IMG/VR virus record: IMGVR_UViG_3300037408_000745
Coordinates: 1 to 36,026 of that record
From: a virus
Lineage: Duplodnaviria > Caudoviricetes
Strand: one strand, 5' to 3'
DNA: 36,026 nt
In this document: piece by piece, positions 9,351 through 18,917 of the stretch
Layout of the letters: each line of letters begins with the position of its first letter
How positions within the stretch are numbered: the first letter of the stretch is position 1
Notes under the pieces: generated by a model
Seen by the model: only the letters and a program-made list of their open reading frames with translations
What the model was told of the DNA's origin: nothing
The model's database searches: none
Made by a program: the position numbers and the translations under genes

Positions 9351-9956
9351 TTACGATATTGCCTTTGCGATATTATCTTCAATCCGCTGCGTCATTCCGT
9401 CTTTGGCGTCGATAACGCCTTTGGCTAAGGCATCCGAGCCTTTGACCGTGACAGATTCTTTCAATACAAACAGCGGATGGATTGCGCTTCGGGATGTTTT
9501 CCCGTAACGGACGGCAAATAGAAGATTGCCTGCTTTGCTTTTAAAGAAAAACCCGCCCGCGATATTGCGCAGGCCGCCGGAATATTTAGACTTCAAAACG
9601 CCCACGCCTGTTTTGGCGTCGCCAATAGGGATCGCCAGAAACCTCCCGTGTGTCGGCGTGATCGTCTTGGTCTCACTGCCTAAAAGCCATTTATAGCTTT
9701 CGACGGCGGAGCCGGGCTTGACGCCGACAACGCCCTCGAAATCCGATTCCTTCCAGCCCTGGACGGCGCGGCGAAGGTTTCCGCTGCGGGCCTTCAAAAG
9801 CTGTCCCGTAATGAAATTTTCGCCGACATGGTCAGCGGCGAACTTGACGGCGCGGCCCAGGCCCCGCGACGTGGCGGCAGCGACACGGTCGCCCATGCCG
9901 GTCATCGAGGCCAGCGTGGCTTGAAATTCAGGACCAAGTTCTAAACTGATCATCAT
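9351..9956 (-). CDS. Putative neck / tail-completion protein (HK97 gp10-like)
   Basis: RSGNLRRAV...GVVGV...Y and TITP..GRFLAIP motifs; follows the head-tail connector. Confidence 0.65.
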   Translation of the reverse strand: MMISLELGPEFQATLASMTGMGDRVAAATSRGLGRAVKFAADHVGENFITGQLLKARSGNLRRAVQGWKESDFEGVVGVKPGSAVESYKWLLGSETKTITPTHGRFLAIPIGDAKTGVGVLKSKYSGGLRNIAGGFFFKSKAGNLLFAVRYGKTSRSAIHPLFVLKESVTVKGSDALAKGVIDAKDGMTQRIEDNIAKAIS

Positions 9957-9969
9957 AAATAAAACCTCG

Positions 9970-10084
9970 AAACCACCGATTTTGCTTTTTTTTTAACCAC
10001 TGATTTTCACAGATCATTTATTTTGTTTTTATAAATCCGTGTCTATCTGCGTTAATCTGTGGTTAATATATTTTTCTGCGGTTT
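9970..10084. repeat. Family A nested palindrome
   Basis: Outer AAACCACCGA...TCTGCGGTTT, inner TAACCACTGATT...AATCTGTGGTTA. Confidence 0.9.
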
Positions 10085-10686
10085 CATATTGCCAGCCTCA
10101 TGTGTCCGCCGCGCCGCAGTCCGTCTTTGACTAACGGCAGCAGGTCCAATTCGGCGAAGACGCTGACGTTGCCGCCCATCGCCGAGACGCTCGATAGGCC
10201 GATATCATCGCGTCGCTTAAACAGGTGGCAGCATTGCAATATTGCCAGTTCTTTCAGGTCCGCCGGGACCGCCGTCTCGCCGGTCGAGGGCGATGTCCCG
10301 CTGGCCACGTAGCCGCCCTTATAGACCGCCTGCACGGCGTCAAGGCCGTCCGGAAAGGCGGTGTACATCCGCTGGATGATGCCCGTCATGCCGCCGGCGA
10401 CGATGCGGTAGTCCGTATTGGCGACTAAGGCCGTGGCGTTGGTGAAATCGAAATCGCCATAAGTCTCTTTGAGCGTCGTAATGGACACGATGGGGTAGCA
10501 GCGAAGCTGGATAAACTCGCCGCCTCCCGGCAGGTATTCCGTCACGTTTGCCGCCGGCAGAATCAGTTTGCGGTTGCAGAACGCCTCGAACAGGCCCGTA
10601 GTGCCTGCGACAATGGCGGTCAGTATCGTGTCGAATTCAGCGCCGATGCCCAGCCGCGTCTTGATGTCCGTAATTAAACACAACAT
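10084..10686 (-). CDS. Head-tail connector (gp6-like)
   Basis: DIKTRLGI...FEAFCNRKL...YPIVSIT...YKGGY...VPADLKELAILQCCHLFKRR pattern. Confidence 0.8.
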   Translation of the reverse strand: MLCLITDIKTRLGIGAEFDTILTAIVAGTTGLFEAFCNRKLILPAANVTEYLPGGGEFIQLRCYPIVSITTLKETYGDFDFTNATALVANTDYRIVAGGMTGIIQRMYTAFPDGLDAVQAVYKGGYVASGTSPSTGETAVPADLKELAILQCCHLFKRRDDIGLSSVSAMGGNVSVFAELDLLPLVKDGLRRGGHMRLAI

Positions 10687-10760
10687 AGTCTATAGTCCAG
10701 GGTCCAGAGACCAGAGAGAAGAAATTACCTCTTGACTCTTAACTCTCGTCTCTTGTCTTT
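10687..10760. repeat. Mixed heptamer arrays (CTATAGT, CCAGAGA, TCTTGAC)
   Basis: Degenerate 7-bp periodic units fill the whole gap between stop and start. Confidence 0.75.
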
Positions 10761-10762
10761 TT

Positions 10763-10999
10763 CTACTTTGTTTCCGTTTCGCCGTGAAGCTGCTTATTCG
10801 CCGGCGTCGTCTGCCGCTTTTTCTTCGACGCACGGTTAACCTCCTCGCTGTTTTTGACGACGCGATAATTGAATTCTTTCCGCTGCAGGGCGGCCTCGTC
10901 GGCAATCGCGTCTAATTGTGTTTTTGTCAGCTCATACGGGTGGCCAGCAATAAACAGCCCATGAGCGCCGCGATAGGTTTTTTCAAGTACGACTAACAT
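10763..10999 (-). CDS. Small head-associated hypothetical protein
   Basis: 78 aa with AGGA RBS; basic tail ending TPANKQ; typical post-capsid position. Confidence 0.65.
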   Translation of the reverse strand: MLVVLEKTYRGAHGLFIAGHPYELTKTQLDAIADEAALQRKEFNYRVVKNSEEVNRASKKKRQTTPANKQLHGETETK

Positions 11000-11021
11000 T
11001 GCTTTGTCCTTTCAAAAAAAG

Positions 11022-11600
11022 TTAAAGTCCTATTTCCTTGTGGTGCACGCAAAGCACTTTCGGGTCAAACCGCACCCGCAGCCCTGCGGCGTTGCATTTC
11101 TTAAAAAAGTACACATCTTCGCTCTCCTGGTATCCGTTCTCATGTTCCGTAAATCGAAACCACGGCCAGGAAATCGTCTCAAACACGCTCCGGCGGATCA
11201 GCAGACACCCCGCGCCGCCGGCGTCGGCCCAAAATGGATGTTTGGCGTCGGGCAATTCCTTCTGCAGATAATACTTTCCGTCGCGGCAGTCATGGCTTGC
11301 CCACTTAAAACCTTCCTGCGTATGCAGCCGATAGCAGCCGCTGGCGATTTCCGTATTCAAATCCAGCAGTCGGGACAGCGCATCCAGCGGCGGCTCGGTA
11401 TCCTGATCGACCGTGAACAGATGCGTATAGTCCGGATGAGCCTTCAGGATTCGCACGATGCTGTTGCGCGCGTAATCAATCGGCCGTCCCTTGACCAGCA
11501 GCGGAAGCGATCTGCGTTCTACCGCCATCACCGTCACCGCCGCGTGCGTCATCGGATGCACGACATCCCAGTACGGAATTACAATCAATACCTTTGCCAT
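11022..11600 (-). CDS. GT-A fold (family 2-like) glycosyltransferase
   Basis: VLIVIP, ARNSIV, DQD (DxD), GAGCLLIRRSVFE, SEDVYF, DPKVLCVH motifs; AAGGA RBS before ATG 11600. Confidence 0.85.
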   Translation of the reverse strand: MAKVLIVIPYWDVVHPMTHAAVTVMAVERRSLPLLVKGRPIDYARNSIVRILKAHPDYTHLFTVDQDTEPPLDALSRLLDLNTEIASGCYRLHTQEGFKWASHDCRDGKYYLQKELPDAKHPFWADAGGAGCLLIRRSVFETISWPWFRFTEHENGYQESEDVYFFKKCNAAGLRVRFDPKVLCVHHKEIGL

Positions 11601-11610
11601 CTGTTTCCTT

Positions 11611-11644
11611 AAAAAGCCGCCCGCCCTGTTATGACGGGCGGCTT
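11611..11644 (-). terminator. Putative intrinsic terminator after the capsid gene pair
   Basis: AAGCCGCCCG...CGGGCGGCTT stem with a short T-tract on the minus strand. Confidence 0.55.
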
Positions 11645-11685
11645 GCTCTGGCGAGCCTGGGTCAGGCTTTCGCGTCAATCATTCC

Positions 11686-12153
11686 TTAGACACAGATCAG
11701 CTCTTTGAGTCCCATCTGGGTCGCCGTCACGGGAAGCTGCGCCGACGGAAATCCAATGGCGATGATCACCAGGTTGGCCCCGGTCGTCCCGTTGGCCAGC
11801 GTTGGCGCGTTGACTTCCAGATACCGTTTGCGGACGCCGACCGTGCGGTCCACAAACCAGCCGAACAGCTTGGTATCATCGGTCGCCGAGATAACAGCAG
11901 CCAGATCGGAACTGGGGATCTTGGTGTAGCTGCCATCGGTGGTGTTGCACTCTTCCAGATACGGCGGCGTTGAGGATGCCGTCGATCCCAGGGCGGCGTC
12001 GGTTGTGCCTACGCAGCCAAGAACAAGAACCCCGGCCAGACCGGCGCAGTCAATATACGTATTGGCCGCTGCGGCGCCGTTGTTCTTTAGCTGCGGCGGA
12101 AGCAGGATGCCTCCTTTGATATGGGTCAATATCGATTTCATTTTTTTCTCCAT
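11686..12153 (-). CDS. Putative capsid decoration / minor head protein
   Basis: Directly after capsid; YIDCAG...LEECNT.DG.Y...KRYL pattern of post-capsid beta-sandwich proteins. Confidence 0.6.
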   Translation of the reverse strand: MEKKMKSILTHIKGGILLPPQLKNNGAAAANTYIDCAGLAGVLVLGCVGTTDAALGSTASSTPPYLEECNTTDGSYTKIPSSDLAAVISATDDTKLFGWFVDRTVGVRKRYLEVNAPTLANGTTGANLVIIAIGFPSAQLPVTATQMGLKELICV

Positions 12154-12178
12154 TAAAAAACAGTTAGTTTGTTTACAT

Positions 12179-12208
12179 TGCCTGCCCCGCCTTATCGCGG
12201 GGCAGGCA
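12179..12208. promoter_or_regulatory. Perfect 12-bp hairpin downstream of capsid gene
   Basis: TGCCTGCCCCGC-CTTATC-GCGGGGCAGGCA with no adjacent T-tract; possible mRNA stabiliser. Confidence 0.6.
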
Positions 12209-12234
12209 TGTCGCAGGCCTCAACAGGGCATCGT

Positions 12235-13659
12235 TTACGAAGCGGCCGTGTACAACGCGATCAGCGGGCCTTCCTTGCTCGTATCGCCGACGCCGTGGGC
12301 ATTGATGGCCATACGGCGGCAGGTTCTGACGGCAATGAGTCTCTGGTCGAAGTACCTCTGGTCGGATTGGGCGATTTCCATTGCGCCGCGTGTGCCGAAC
12401 TTGGCGCCGAGCCACAGGTCGCCGAGCGTCACAACATGCTGGCTGTTGGCTTCGGCCTTCGGCATCACCTGCGTGAATCGCACCGGGTAGCCGAGCATCT
12501 GCTTTTGCCGCTGCGCGGAGCCGAGGATCACTTCCTGGGCATGGCCCGTTCCGGCGGCAAGGGCCGCGCGCACAAACACGGTGTAATAGAAGTATTTGTG
12601 CATATAGGCCCGTGTCCGTTCGTTGTCGGCGAATTGCGGTAGTTTTCCGGCCATCGCCTCAAAATCGCCATAGACTAATTCGCTGTAGGCGTTGCCGCTG
12701 CCGACGACGACGCCTTTGATGCTGGAGATAGTCGAATCGACCGCCCGCATCGCGCCGGCCACGCCGGTCATCGAGAAGTACGTGCTGGTCCCGTCGCCGA
12801 GGAATCCGATCAGGTCGATATAGTAGCCGTAAGAGGCTGCAATCCAGGCCCCGTACAGTTCCGCCAGGGCGATGGCTGAATCTTCGTCCAGCTCCATCGA
12901 GTAGGCAATCAAGCCGAGCACGGATCGCGGAGTCAGCGTTACGCCGTTGACCGTCGGATCCGTCACGGTGATCGCCCCGCCTTCGCCGGGACAATACAAC
13001 GTCATCAGGGCGTCCATTTTCGGCTGCCAGGCGGAACTTGCGCCCATCGGCAGCGGCGCTGCATCCGCCTCAAACACGCCGTATTGCTCGAACAGGGTGA
13101 TCAGGCTGGGAACCATTTCCGATGTCACCAGAAGCGACCCGGACGCCTGAGACACCGTAGTGCTGGCCTTCTGGATGCGTTCCCCTGTCGATTCCTTGAC
13201 ATAGACCAGTTCATGGCCCGTCTTTTCGATGGCCTTCATTACGCGAGCGTACTTTGCGCCTAATTCGGGGAGGTGTTTGCATGTTTCAAGGCTCTGTCCC
13301 ATCAGGAGCAGGCCGAACATCTTGGCCTCTTCCGGGCAACTGAAATGCCCGTGATAGCGGCCGCCTTCGCCTTTGAGAGTGGCGAAGTTATTAGCCTGCA
13401 TCCGGCGCATCTGGCTCTGGAGCTGGTCGGTCAGGGCCTTCATTTCCTCGGCCTCGGATTTCACGGCCGTCAGTTCCGTCTGCGCGGCGGCCAGGGCTTC
13501 TTTGTCGGCCTTGACGGATTCGTCGATGAAGGTCTTTAATTCGTCCCGTGTGCCGATGCCGGGATTTCTTCGCATCTGATCGAGCGCGGTTTGAATCACC
13601 GCGACGGTCTTGCGCTCGCTGTCGTTAAGACCGTCTGTGGGAATGAGTAAGTTTTCCAT
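12235..13659 (-). CDS. HK97-family major capsid protein
   Basis: Coiled-coil delta domain, GSLLVT, EG..I, SMELDEDS, FLGDGT, MLGYPVRFTQVMP, GDL, FDQRLIAVR motifs; GGAG RBS before ATG 13659. Confidence 0.93.
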   Translation of the reverse strand: MENLLIPTDGLNDSERKTVAVIQTALDQMRRNPGIGTRDELKTFIDESVKADKEALAAAQTELTAVKSEAEEMKALTDQLQSQMRRMQANNFATLKGEGGRYHGHFSCPEEAKMFGLLLMGQSLETCKHLPELGAKYARVMKAIEKTGHELVYVKESTGERIQKASTTVSQASGSLLVTSEMVPSLITLFEQYGVFEADAAPLPMGASSAWQPKMDALMTLYCPGEGGAITVTDPTVNGVTLTPRSVLGLIAYSMELDEDSAIALAELYGAWIAASYGYYIDLIGFLGDGTSTYFSMTGVAGAMRAVDSTISSIKGVVVGSGNAYSELVYGDFEAMAGKLPQFADNERTRAYMHKYFYYTVFVRAALAAGTGHAQEVILGSAQRQKQMLGYPVRFTQVMPKAEANSQHVVTLGDLWLGAKFGTRGAMEIAQSDQRYFDQRLIAVRTCRRMAINAHGVGDTSKEGPLIALYTAAS

Positions 13660-13664
13660 AAATT

Positions 13665-14393
13665 TTACTCCGTTTTCTGAATAGCGTTTGCGATTGCACA
13701 TAACAATTTCCCGGTCTTCGTTGCCTCGACGGGGGGGATATCGGGATCGCCGAGAGGATCACCGCCGCACCCGTTGGGATTATCGTTGTCAATTAAAATC
13801 AGTTTGAGTCGGTCAAACTGCTCTTCGATTTCGTCTTTCAGGAACGATTTAAGATCGGCAAATTTATCGGCGATGGATTTTTCAATCGCCTGCAGGGACT
13901 TTACGAATTGGTCCTGCATTGCCTTGGTCAGCGCCTCCGGGTTTGCCGGCACCGCCACGGCGGAAAGCTCATACACCTCGACCTCTTCGTGGACAACGAT
14001 GGATTTTCCGTCGATGACCTGGCTGGATCGCTTGACCGAGCGAAATCCGATCGAGAAGGCCTTCTGGTACCCGCCCGCGTAAAGAATGTAATATTCCATG
14101 CCCAGCGGCGTATCGGCGAATTCGATCTCCGCCAGCGTCTTGTCTTTTTCCTGCCACCACTTGACGACCTTGCCGATAACGGGCGATGTCCCGTCGGAAA
14201 GCCGGTGCGTATGCGAAGCCAGCACAACGGGGTTTTTCATGAACGCCGACATCGCGTTTTTCATCGCGGCGGCCGAAACGATCTCGTCGTCCCGGTCCAG
14301 CGCCTCGCTGGAAATTACGGCGGTGATGCGTCGCGTCTTTTGATCCGCTTCTTTGATGGATTCGGCCAATAATAGCTTATGCAGCAGTTTCAT
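13665..14393 (-). CDS. HK97-family prohead protease
   Basis: DRDDEIV, NPVVLASH, IGK, AFSIGF, YELSAVAVPANPEA motifs. Confidence 0.93.
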   Translation of the reverse strand: MKLLHKLLLAESIKEADQKTRRITAVISSEALDRDDEIVSAAAMKNAMSAFMKNPVVLASHTHRLSDGTSPVIGKVVKWWQEKDKTLAEIEFADTPLGMEYYILYAGGYQKAFSIGFRSVKRSSQVIDGKSIVVHEEVEVYELSAVAVPANPEALTKAMQDQFVKSLQAIEKSIADKFADLKSFLKDEIEEQFDRLKLILIDNDNPNGCGGDPLGDPDIPPVEATKTGKLLCAIANAIQKTE

Positions 14394-14395
14394 AT

Positions 14396-16720
14396 TTAAA
14401 CCTCGCTTAAAATAGATTTAATGTCGTCATAAGAGACGAATTTCAGTCGGTCGTAAAAGTCCAAATCAAACGCCTTGCCTTTGGCAAAGACGGCGACCTG
14501 CAGGCAGCGGCAGTTGGCGATCATCGCGGCAGAGCCTGCCGGGTCCGCCGGGTACATCAGGCGGTCGCCGCCCACGATAAACGGCTCATTTATCGGGATG
14601 CCGTCTTTGTAATTCTGTTCGGCGGCCTTATGCTCGTCGCGGACATTTTTATCGCGGCTGGTGAGCCAGCCTTTTTTCTCGACGCCCGCGTCCACCATCC
14701 CCGCGCTGCGGCCCGCCGATACGCCGCCTGAGACCTGCGTGCGGGCGATGCGTCCGGCGCGCGGACGGTCGAAGATGTCCGACAGGCGATTAGTCAGGTC
14801 CGTCAGTCCCTCGCCTTTTTCAAGGCCGATGCGAAGTTGATTTGCGACGCGGGCCTGCGTCGTCGCGTTGACCGTCGTGATCTTTGTGCTGGATATTTCC
14901 AGCGCCCTTCGCACGGCGGGCGATACCTTAATGCGGTTGACGGCCGCCTGCAGGGCGTCGGCCTTCAAGCCCTCAATTTCCGTCAGTGTCTGCGCGATGC
15001 CGAGTTTTGACGCCTTCTCGAAAAAGACATGGTTGATAACCTTGATTTTTTTATTGGCCGTGGAAATATCGAAGACGATGCGGGCGACGATTTGGTCTGT
15101 ATCAGTCTTGACCGATTTCGATTCGCCGAGGGCCTCCGCGAGTTTGCCGCGAAGTTCCTTGAATTGTTCTCGCAGAAGTCCGCGAACGGACTCCGTCATC
15201 TGCTGTTCGATGGGCAGCCACGAGGCAGACCACTTGCGCCAGATGCGTGCGGACTTCTCACTGTCTTTTTCTCTGGTCTCTGGACTCTGGGCTGTTGCCT
15301 TTTGCGGCGGGGTTTCCGGTTCTTCATCCGTCTGGCCTTCCGGCATCGCCGGGCCGGTGAGGGCTTCGATGCCGCCTTCGAGGATGTAGCGGGCGGGAAC
15401 CTGCCCCATCGGAATCCACCATTCGTTGCCCCACGGCATTTGTGTCGTATCAAACGGCATATCGTAGGCGTCGATCAGAAAATTCATGGGGACGCCTTTT
15501 TCGGCCAGCGGCAAAATCTTCGAAATCTGATCCCGCATCAGTTCCTGAATCGCCGGATGAGACTCGATATCGAACCAGGCGAAGATCGACTGTCCCCGCA
15601 TTACGGCGGTGATTTTTTTCTGTCGCCATGACTTTCGGCAGCGCAGCGGAAATCGGGAAGCGAAGAATTTCAACGACTTTGTGAAATCGACAAACTGGTT
15701 TTTCAGCGACTTATAGCCGTAACGCTGGATAAGGCCTTCGTCGATGGCGTCCGCGATGGCCGACAGGAGCGGCGATACGCCGTAAAGGATCAATCGCTGT
15801 GTCGCGGGGCCGTGGGCGTACTGCGCCTCGGAATTAAGTCCGACGACTTCCGGCGGCACGCCGAACATCGAGCAGATCGTGCCGGCGGTAAACTTGCTCA
15901 GGTCCACCATCTGCAGGTCGGCCATCGTCTGGCTGAAGGTCTTGATATCGTCGATGCCGGTCATCAGCAGGACTTTGCCCGCGTTGGCCGCGCCGCCCTG
16001 TTTGGAGGAAAATTCGCGTTTGAGTTTTTCGATCTCTTCGGGCTTGAGCTGCGTGCCCGCCGGCACGGTCAGCCCGACGGATAGCCGCGCGCCGTTTGCA
16101 AGTAGCGACTCGTTATACTGCGTCGCCTGATACGCCGTTGAGATGGCCATGGTTCCGGCGACGAGCGGTCCGACGCCGTGATTAGGATCGTCCGGATTGA
16201 AATTCTTGATGACAAAGACGTCTTCGAGCAGCAGCCCGATATCCCGGCCGCCGGCGGTATGCAGCCTGTAGCCGACGACGACGCCTTTCTCGGTGACCGG
16301 CTCGCAGGAATTCGGCCCGGCGATGAGGATTTTTGTCGGGGATTTTCCAGTGGATTCAAGCGTGATCCAATAGACCTCGCGGAACAGGATGTAGAATCCG
16401 AGCGTCTCCTGAAACAGCATTGAGAAGTCTTTGCTGTAAACAAAGTCGTAGAGCGGCCCGCTTTCAAGTATCTCATCGTTGGCGTTAGACAGCATCAGAG
16501 GCACCGTCTTGCAGGTATCGATCAGGAGGTTTGTGCACAGCCAGACCCATTCGACCTGGCTGTAGGGTTTCGCGGGACGGCCTTTTTTGCCGCTGAATAG
16601 GTCCAGTCCCTTATCCCAGATTTGCCCAAGCTGGCTGAGCCGCAGGGCGAAGTCCTTGGTGGCGATGTGTTCGGTGAATAACGATTTGACATTGCTAAGC
16701 AGCTTCATCGTCGAATTCAT
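14396..16720 (-). CDS. HK97-type portal fused to Mu gpF / SPP1 gp7-like domain
   Basis: Portal motifs (GVGPL, NGA, GAANAGK, ICSMFGVPPEVVG) then RIARTQ...KKGWLTSRD.NVR.EH...MYPADP...NCRC. Confidence 0.9.
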   Translation of the reverse strand: MNSTMKLLSNVKSLFTEHIATKDFALRLSQLGQIWDKGLDLFSGKKGRPAKPYSQVEWVWLCTNLLIDTCKTVPLMLSNANDEILESGPLYDFVYSKDFSMLFQETLGFYILFREVYWITLESTGKSPTKILIAGPNSCEPVTEKGVVVGYRLHTAGGRDIGLLLEDVFVIKNFNPDDPNHGVGPLVAGTMAISTAYQATQYNESLLANGARLSVGLTVPAGTQLKPEEIEKLKREFSSKQGGAANAGKVLLMTGIDDIKTFSQTMADLQMVDLSKFTAGTICSMFGVPPEVVGLNSEAQYAHGPATQRLILYGVSPLLSAIADAIDEGLIQRYGYKSLKNQFVDFTKSLKFFASRFPLRCRKSWRQKKITAVMRGQSIFAWFDIESHPAIQELMRDQISKILPLAEKGVPMNFLIDAYDMPFDTTQMPWGNEWWIPMGQVPARYILEGGIEALTGPAMPEGQTDEEPETPPQKATAQSPETREKDSEKSARIWRKWSASWLPIEQQMTESVRGLLREQFKELRGKLAEALGESKSVKTDTDQIVARIVFDISTANKKIKVINHVFFEKASKLGIAQTLTEIEGLKADALQAAVNRIKVSPAVRRALEISSTKITTVNATTQARVANQLRIGLEKGEGLTDLTNRLSDIFDRPRAGRIARTQVSGGVSAGRSAGMVDAGVEKKGWLTSRDKNVRDEHKAAEQNYKDGIPINEPFIVGGDRLMYPADPAGSAAMIANCRCLQVAVFAKGKAFDLDFYDRLKFVSYDDIKSILSEV

Positions 16721-17975
16721 CGCCTCCTGAAAGATTGATTATGCTGGGTTTAATGGCGCCGGTATCCGTCGCCATCAGGGCTAATGACAATGCCCAGAAT
16801 CGGTCGGCGTGGCCGTCTTTGGTACGTTCCGCGTCAAAGCGGATATTGCCCGCGCTGGTCACGGTCTTCTTGACGCCATGCAGGTCGTTGCGGATTTTAT
16901 TATCCACCGGGATTCGCACGCGGTGGTCCTCGAATAGTTTCCGCGTCCGCATGGCCAGATCGGATTTCGTTTGAGGCGTAAATGTCACCGCCTCCACCGC
17001 CGCCGAGCCGAACGCCTTTTGTAAATCTTCGGTGATCGGGCCGCCCATCCCGGTATAATCCACGCATACCCGGCGAGGGTGTATTCGGCTAAACAATTGT
17101 GTCATCATCTCCCGCTGCTGCGGAAACGGTGTCCGTTCCAATTCTATTACCGCGCGGGTGATAAATACGTCGCCGACCTGTTCGGCGACCCAGATGACCG
17201 TCAGGTCGCGTTTGCGGCCGATGTCGATGCCGACATAGTACGATTCACCGAGTGTTTCCGGCATTATCAGTGACGCCATCTCGGATTCGCAGGCGGCGAT
17301 CAGGTCATAGGTCAGGAAGGCCGTCGCCTCGTCGAGGAATTTACACTCATATTCCTGCGCCCAGGCCTCTTCATCGTCGAGGCCTTTACGCAGCTCGTCG
17401 ATGTTGACCGGCAGCCCTTCCTTGACCGCCGTATAAATATCAACAAAGTGTTTGGCGTATCCATTTTCAGCGGTCCAGACCTTATACGTCTGATTGCTCT
17501 TGCCCTGCGGCGTTGTGGCGATGCGAAGTTTTAGGCCCCGCGTAATGGTCGGATAAAGAGCCGCCCAGATTTTATAGCTGTCTTTGTGGAACGCGAACTC
17601 GTCCAGGGCCACATTGGCCGTAAATCCGCGAGCGGTGTCCGGGTTGGCGGGCAGGCCGATAATCCGGGCGCGATTCGGCAGCACGATCATGAGCTGCTTG
17701 GTGTGCGTATCCTCAAAGAAATCCTCTTCGAGATTGGATGCCGCCAGGCTCATCGCCTCGGTGTGCATCTTGGCTTTTTCCATCAGTTCCTTGCTTTGCC
17801 GTTCGCCCGCGCTAAGCAATACCCAGTTAGTGCCCGTCTTTACCGCGTCGAGTACCGCCTCTAACGCCAGCGAGAACGATTTGCCCGATTGCCGTGACCA
17901 CAGACCGATTTTGAGGCGGCTGTCATCCGTCACCCATCGCTGCTGATAGTCATAAAGTTTCAGGGCCGCGTTCAT
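16695..17975 (-). CDS. Terminase large subunit (Mu gp28-like)
   Basis: Walker A WSRQSGKS, LPANPDTARG, Walker B VALDEFAFH, nuclease GIDIGRKRD and GHADRFWALSLA. Confidence 0.95.
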   Translation of the reverse strand: MNAALKLYDYQQRWVTDDSRLKIGLWSRQSGKSFSLALEAVLDAVKTGTNWVLLSAGERQSKELMEKAKMHTEAMSLAASNLEEDFFEDTHTKQLMIVLPNRARIIGLPANPDTARGFTANVALDEFAFHKDSYKIWAALYPTITRGLKLRIATTPQGKSNQTYKVWTAENGYAKHFVDIYTAVKEGLPVNIDELRKGLDDEEAWAQEYECKFLDEATAFLTYDLIAACESEMASLIMPETLGESYYVGIDIGRKRDLTVIWVAEQVGDVFITRAVIELERTPFPQQREMMTQLFSRIHPRRVCVDYTGMGGPITEDLQKAFGSAAVEAVTFTPQTKSDLAMRTRKLFEDHRVRIPVDNKIRNDLHGVKKTVTSAGNIRFDAERTKDGHADRFWALSLALMATDTGAIKPSIINLSGGDEFDDEAA

Positions 17976-18556
17976 TTCACGATTCCATAAATTTGTTCGA
18001 CGATGTTTTGCAGCACCGCCGGGTCGATCTGTTTCTTTTTCGCCATCTCGGTCACTGTTTTAACGGTCGCTTCCGCCTTGGCTTTAATTTGTTCGCGCTG
18101 GTACTTGTCCGCCTGCATGGCGACCTGATTACAATCACGCACCGCGCCGGAGATCATCGAGATATCCTTGGGCTTCAAATCCTCGCGGCTTGCCAGGTCA
18201 ATAATCTGCGCCGTGATGATCTCCGCCGCCGCCTTTTGGGCGGCTGAGGCATTCTCGTCTTTGACGTCAGCCATGATTTGTTTGGCCAGCCCCGCCGCCG
18301 TTCGCATCCGCTCGAACGCCTGCAGGCCCTTGGCCCACCGGCCCAGAGAAGATGGACTGACGGGGCTGCCTTTGAATAGGCAGTACAGCACGATATCCAG
18401 ATATCGCGGCTTTGACTTGCCGTACAGTTCCGAGGGAATATCGGATTTTTCCCAGGGGAAGTCCTTCGGCCAGTCGGCATCGACCACCATCCGCGTGATG
18501 ACATCACGCAGTTCGGCGGGCAGAGTATCGATTGTGCTGTGCGTTCGTCTTGTCAT
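17972..18556 (-). CDS. Terminase small subunit (Mu gp27 / DUF3486-like)
   Basis: N-terminal STIDTLPAELR, VSPSSLGRW, C-terminal IVEQIYGI; coupled to terL. Confidence 0.8.
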   Translation of the reverse strand: MTRRTHSTIDTLPAELRDVITRMVVDADWPKDFPWEKSDIPSELYGKSKPRYLDIVLYCLFKGSPVSPSSLGRWAKGLQAFERMRTAAGLAKQIMADVKDENASAAQKAAAEIITAQIIDLASREDLKPKDISMISGAVRDCNQVAMQADKYQREQIKAKAEATVKTVTEMAKKKQIDPAVLQNIVEQIYGIVK

Positions 18557-18566
18557 AAATTAGTCA

Positions 18567-18593
18567 ATAGTCTATGGTCTATAGTCTATAGTC
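18567..18593. repeat. CTATAGT heptamer array
   Basis: ATAGTCTATGGTCTATAGTCTATAGTC. Confidence 0.85.
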
Positions 18594-18596
18594 TGA

Positions 18597-18917
18597 TTAA
18601 ATTTTCATTGCCGGGTCGGTCATTGTCTGTTCGGCGATCTCTTTGCCCTCGGCCGTCAGCATGATAAAGCGGTCGAGCAGATCGCAGCCTTCGTTCAGGC
18701 AGTTCGTATGGATTTCGATGTAGCCTTTTTTCTGCAGATAAAAAACATCCTTCACGAACATGGATTTTTCGTAGGTCGGTTCGACATAAACCGCGTGCTG
18801 CCACAGCGTCTTGACGAACATCCGCGCCGGAAAAGCCGCGTTGAGCCGCTGCATCAGGATTCTCCGCTGCGTGCGGATGGCGACGGATTCGGCTGATTCG
18901 TTGGGTTGGATTGTCAT
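18597..18917 (-). CDS. Winged-helix-like protein (Mu gp26 position)
   Basis: RRILMQRL...YLQKKGYIE...LTAEGKEIAE pattern; gene order. Confidence 0.65.
   Translation of the reverse strand: MTIQPNESAESVAIRTQRRILMQRLNAAFPARMFVKTLWQHAVYVEPTYEKSMFVKDVFYLQKKGYIEIHTNCLNEGCDLLDRFIMLTAEGKEIAEQTMTDPAMKI

Noticed and set aside
2675-10084. Canonical integron with attC sites
   Set aside because: No IntI tyrosine recombinase and no consistent RYYYAAC/GTTRRRY core checked; kept only as an analogy.
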